From IMG/VR virus record IMGVR_UViG_2778261064_000019: 35,546 nucleotides of DNA; one strand, written 5' to 3'. A program made the position numbers and the translations under genes. A model generated the notes under the pieces. It searched no databases, was not told where the DNA came from, and worked only from the letters and a program-made list of their open reading frames with translations. The stretch comes from a virus (lineage: Duplodnaviria > Heunggongvirae > Uroviricota > Caudoviricetes). This document shows positions 35,031-35,546 of the stretch, in pieces. Position 1 is the stretch's first letter. Every line of letters begins with the position of its first letter.

Positions 35031-35546
35031 TTAGCTCTTTTCAGGACATTTGGTATTTGGCTGAATACGCGTTTCGTTATACGTCGTGGTAATAACAACG
35101 GCTAAACCTGTCGTAAACTGGCACTCTTTACCCACCTGGGTGGAGGTATACACTTTGGTGCCTTCCTTATACGTTAGAGAAACACCTTCCACTAAGGTTT
35201 TATCATTCACCATAGAACCTGCTGCCGCGCCAACAGCTCCGCCGCCAACTGCACCTGCCGTCGTTCCGGAATTGCTGCCAGACCCCACGTTGTGGCCGAT
35301 AACACCGCCAGCGACTGCACCAATAAGCGCGCCGAAGGCTTGTGCGTTTCGTTTATTTTGGGAGTTGTCTACGGCAACTTTTGCGGGAAGAATGGAAATA
35401 ATATTAACGGTTTTAGTTTCTTGTTTGGTATTCAGTTGATCGGTTTGATAAACATCGGCGGCATGATCATCAGCATTTGACTGGCATCCTGCCAGAGTGA
35501 ATGACGCTAACATTGCCACAGGCAGAAGACATTTTTTAAATTTCAT
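35031..35546 (-). CDS. Lipoprotein with glycine-zipper segment (likely host-encoded)
   Basis: 171-aa ORF with lipobox (FTLAGC) and Gly-rich segment GALIGAVAGGVIGHNVGSG...GAVGGGAVGAAAGS. Confidence 0.55.
   Translation of the reverse strand: MKFKKCLLPVAMLASFTLAGCQSNADDHAADVYQTDQLNTKQETKTVNIISILPAKVAVDNSQNKRNAQAFGALIGAVAGGVIGHNVGSGSNSGTTAGAVGGGAVGAAAGSMVNDKTLVEGVSLTYKEGTKVYTSTQVGKECQFTTGLAVVITTTYNETRIQPNTKCPEKS

Overview
Almost the whole window (about 1..34140) is a mosaic P2-family prophage; the last ~1.1 kb (34476..35546) carries two envelope-protein genes that look host-encoded. Left to right: a P4/CP4-57-type tyrosine integrase (1..1200, + strand); a minus-strand module ending next to it (Ogr-like late activator, P4 alpha-like primase-helicase broken by an in-frame TGA, a hypothetical protein, a Dam-like methyltransferase, an AlpA-like regulator); a divergent intergenic region followed by an XRE-family regulator and a visibly AT-rich four-gene cargo operon (6536..9538); then a near-complete P2-like late region on the minus strand (D, U, T, E/E' with a TTTTTTG frameshift site, FII, FI, tail fibre genes H/G, I, J, W, V, S, R, spanins, endolysin, holin, X, L, M, N, O) and terminase P and portal Q on the plus strand. 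Accessory insertions in the late region are a second Dam methyltransferase plus a 155-aa unknown at the Z/fun position, a hicAB toxin-antitoxin pair, and a Doc-toxin module with an Arc-like RHH protein and small unknown ORFs. Four copies of a CTTGTA-N11-TACAAG dyad lie upstream of late operons. The right end holds an A/T-rich non-coding region with about nine AAAGGTAACC-type repeats. The most interesting candidate for an undescribed system is the AT-rich operon downstream of the XRE regulator (unknown 190-aa protein, YejK/NdpA-like protein, acidic unknown, multi-pass membrane protein), which may be a lysogen-expressed defence or exclusion module. All calls rest on reading the translations and sequence by eye; no database search or computation was run.
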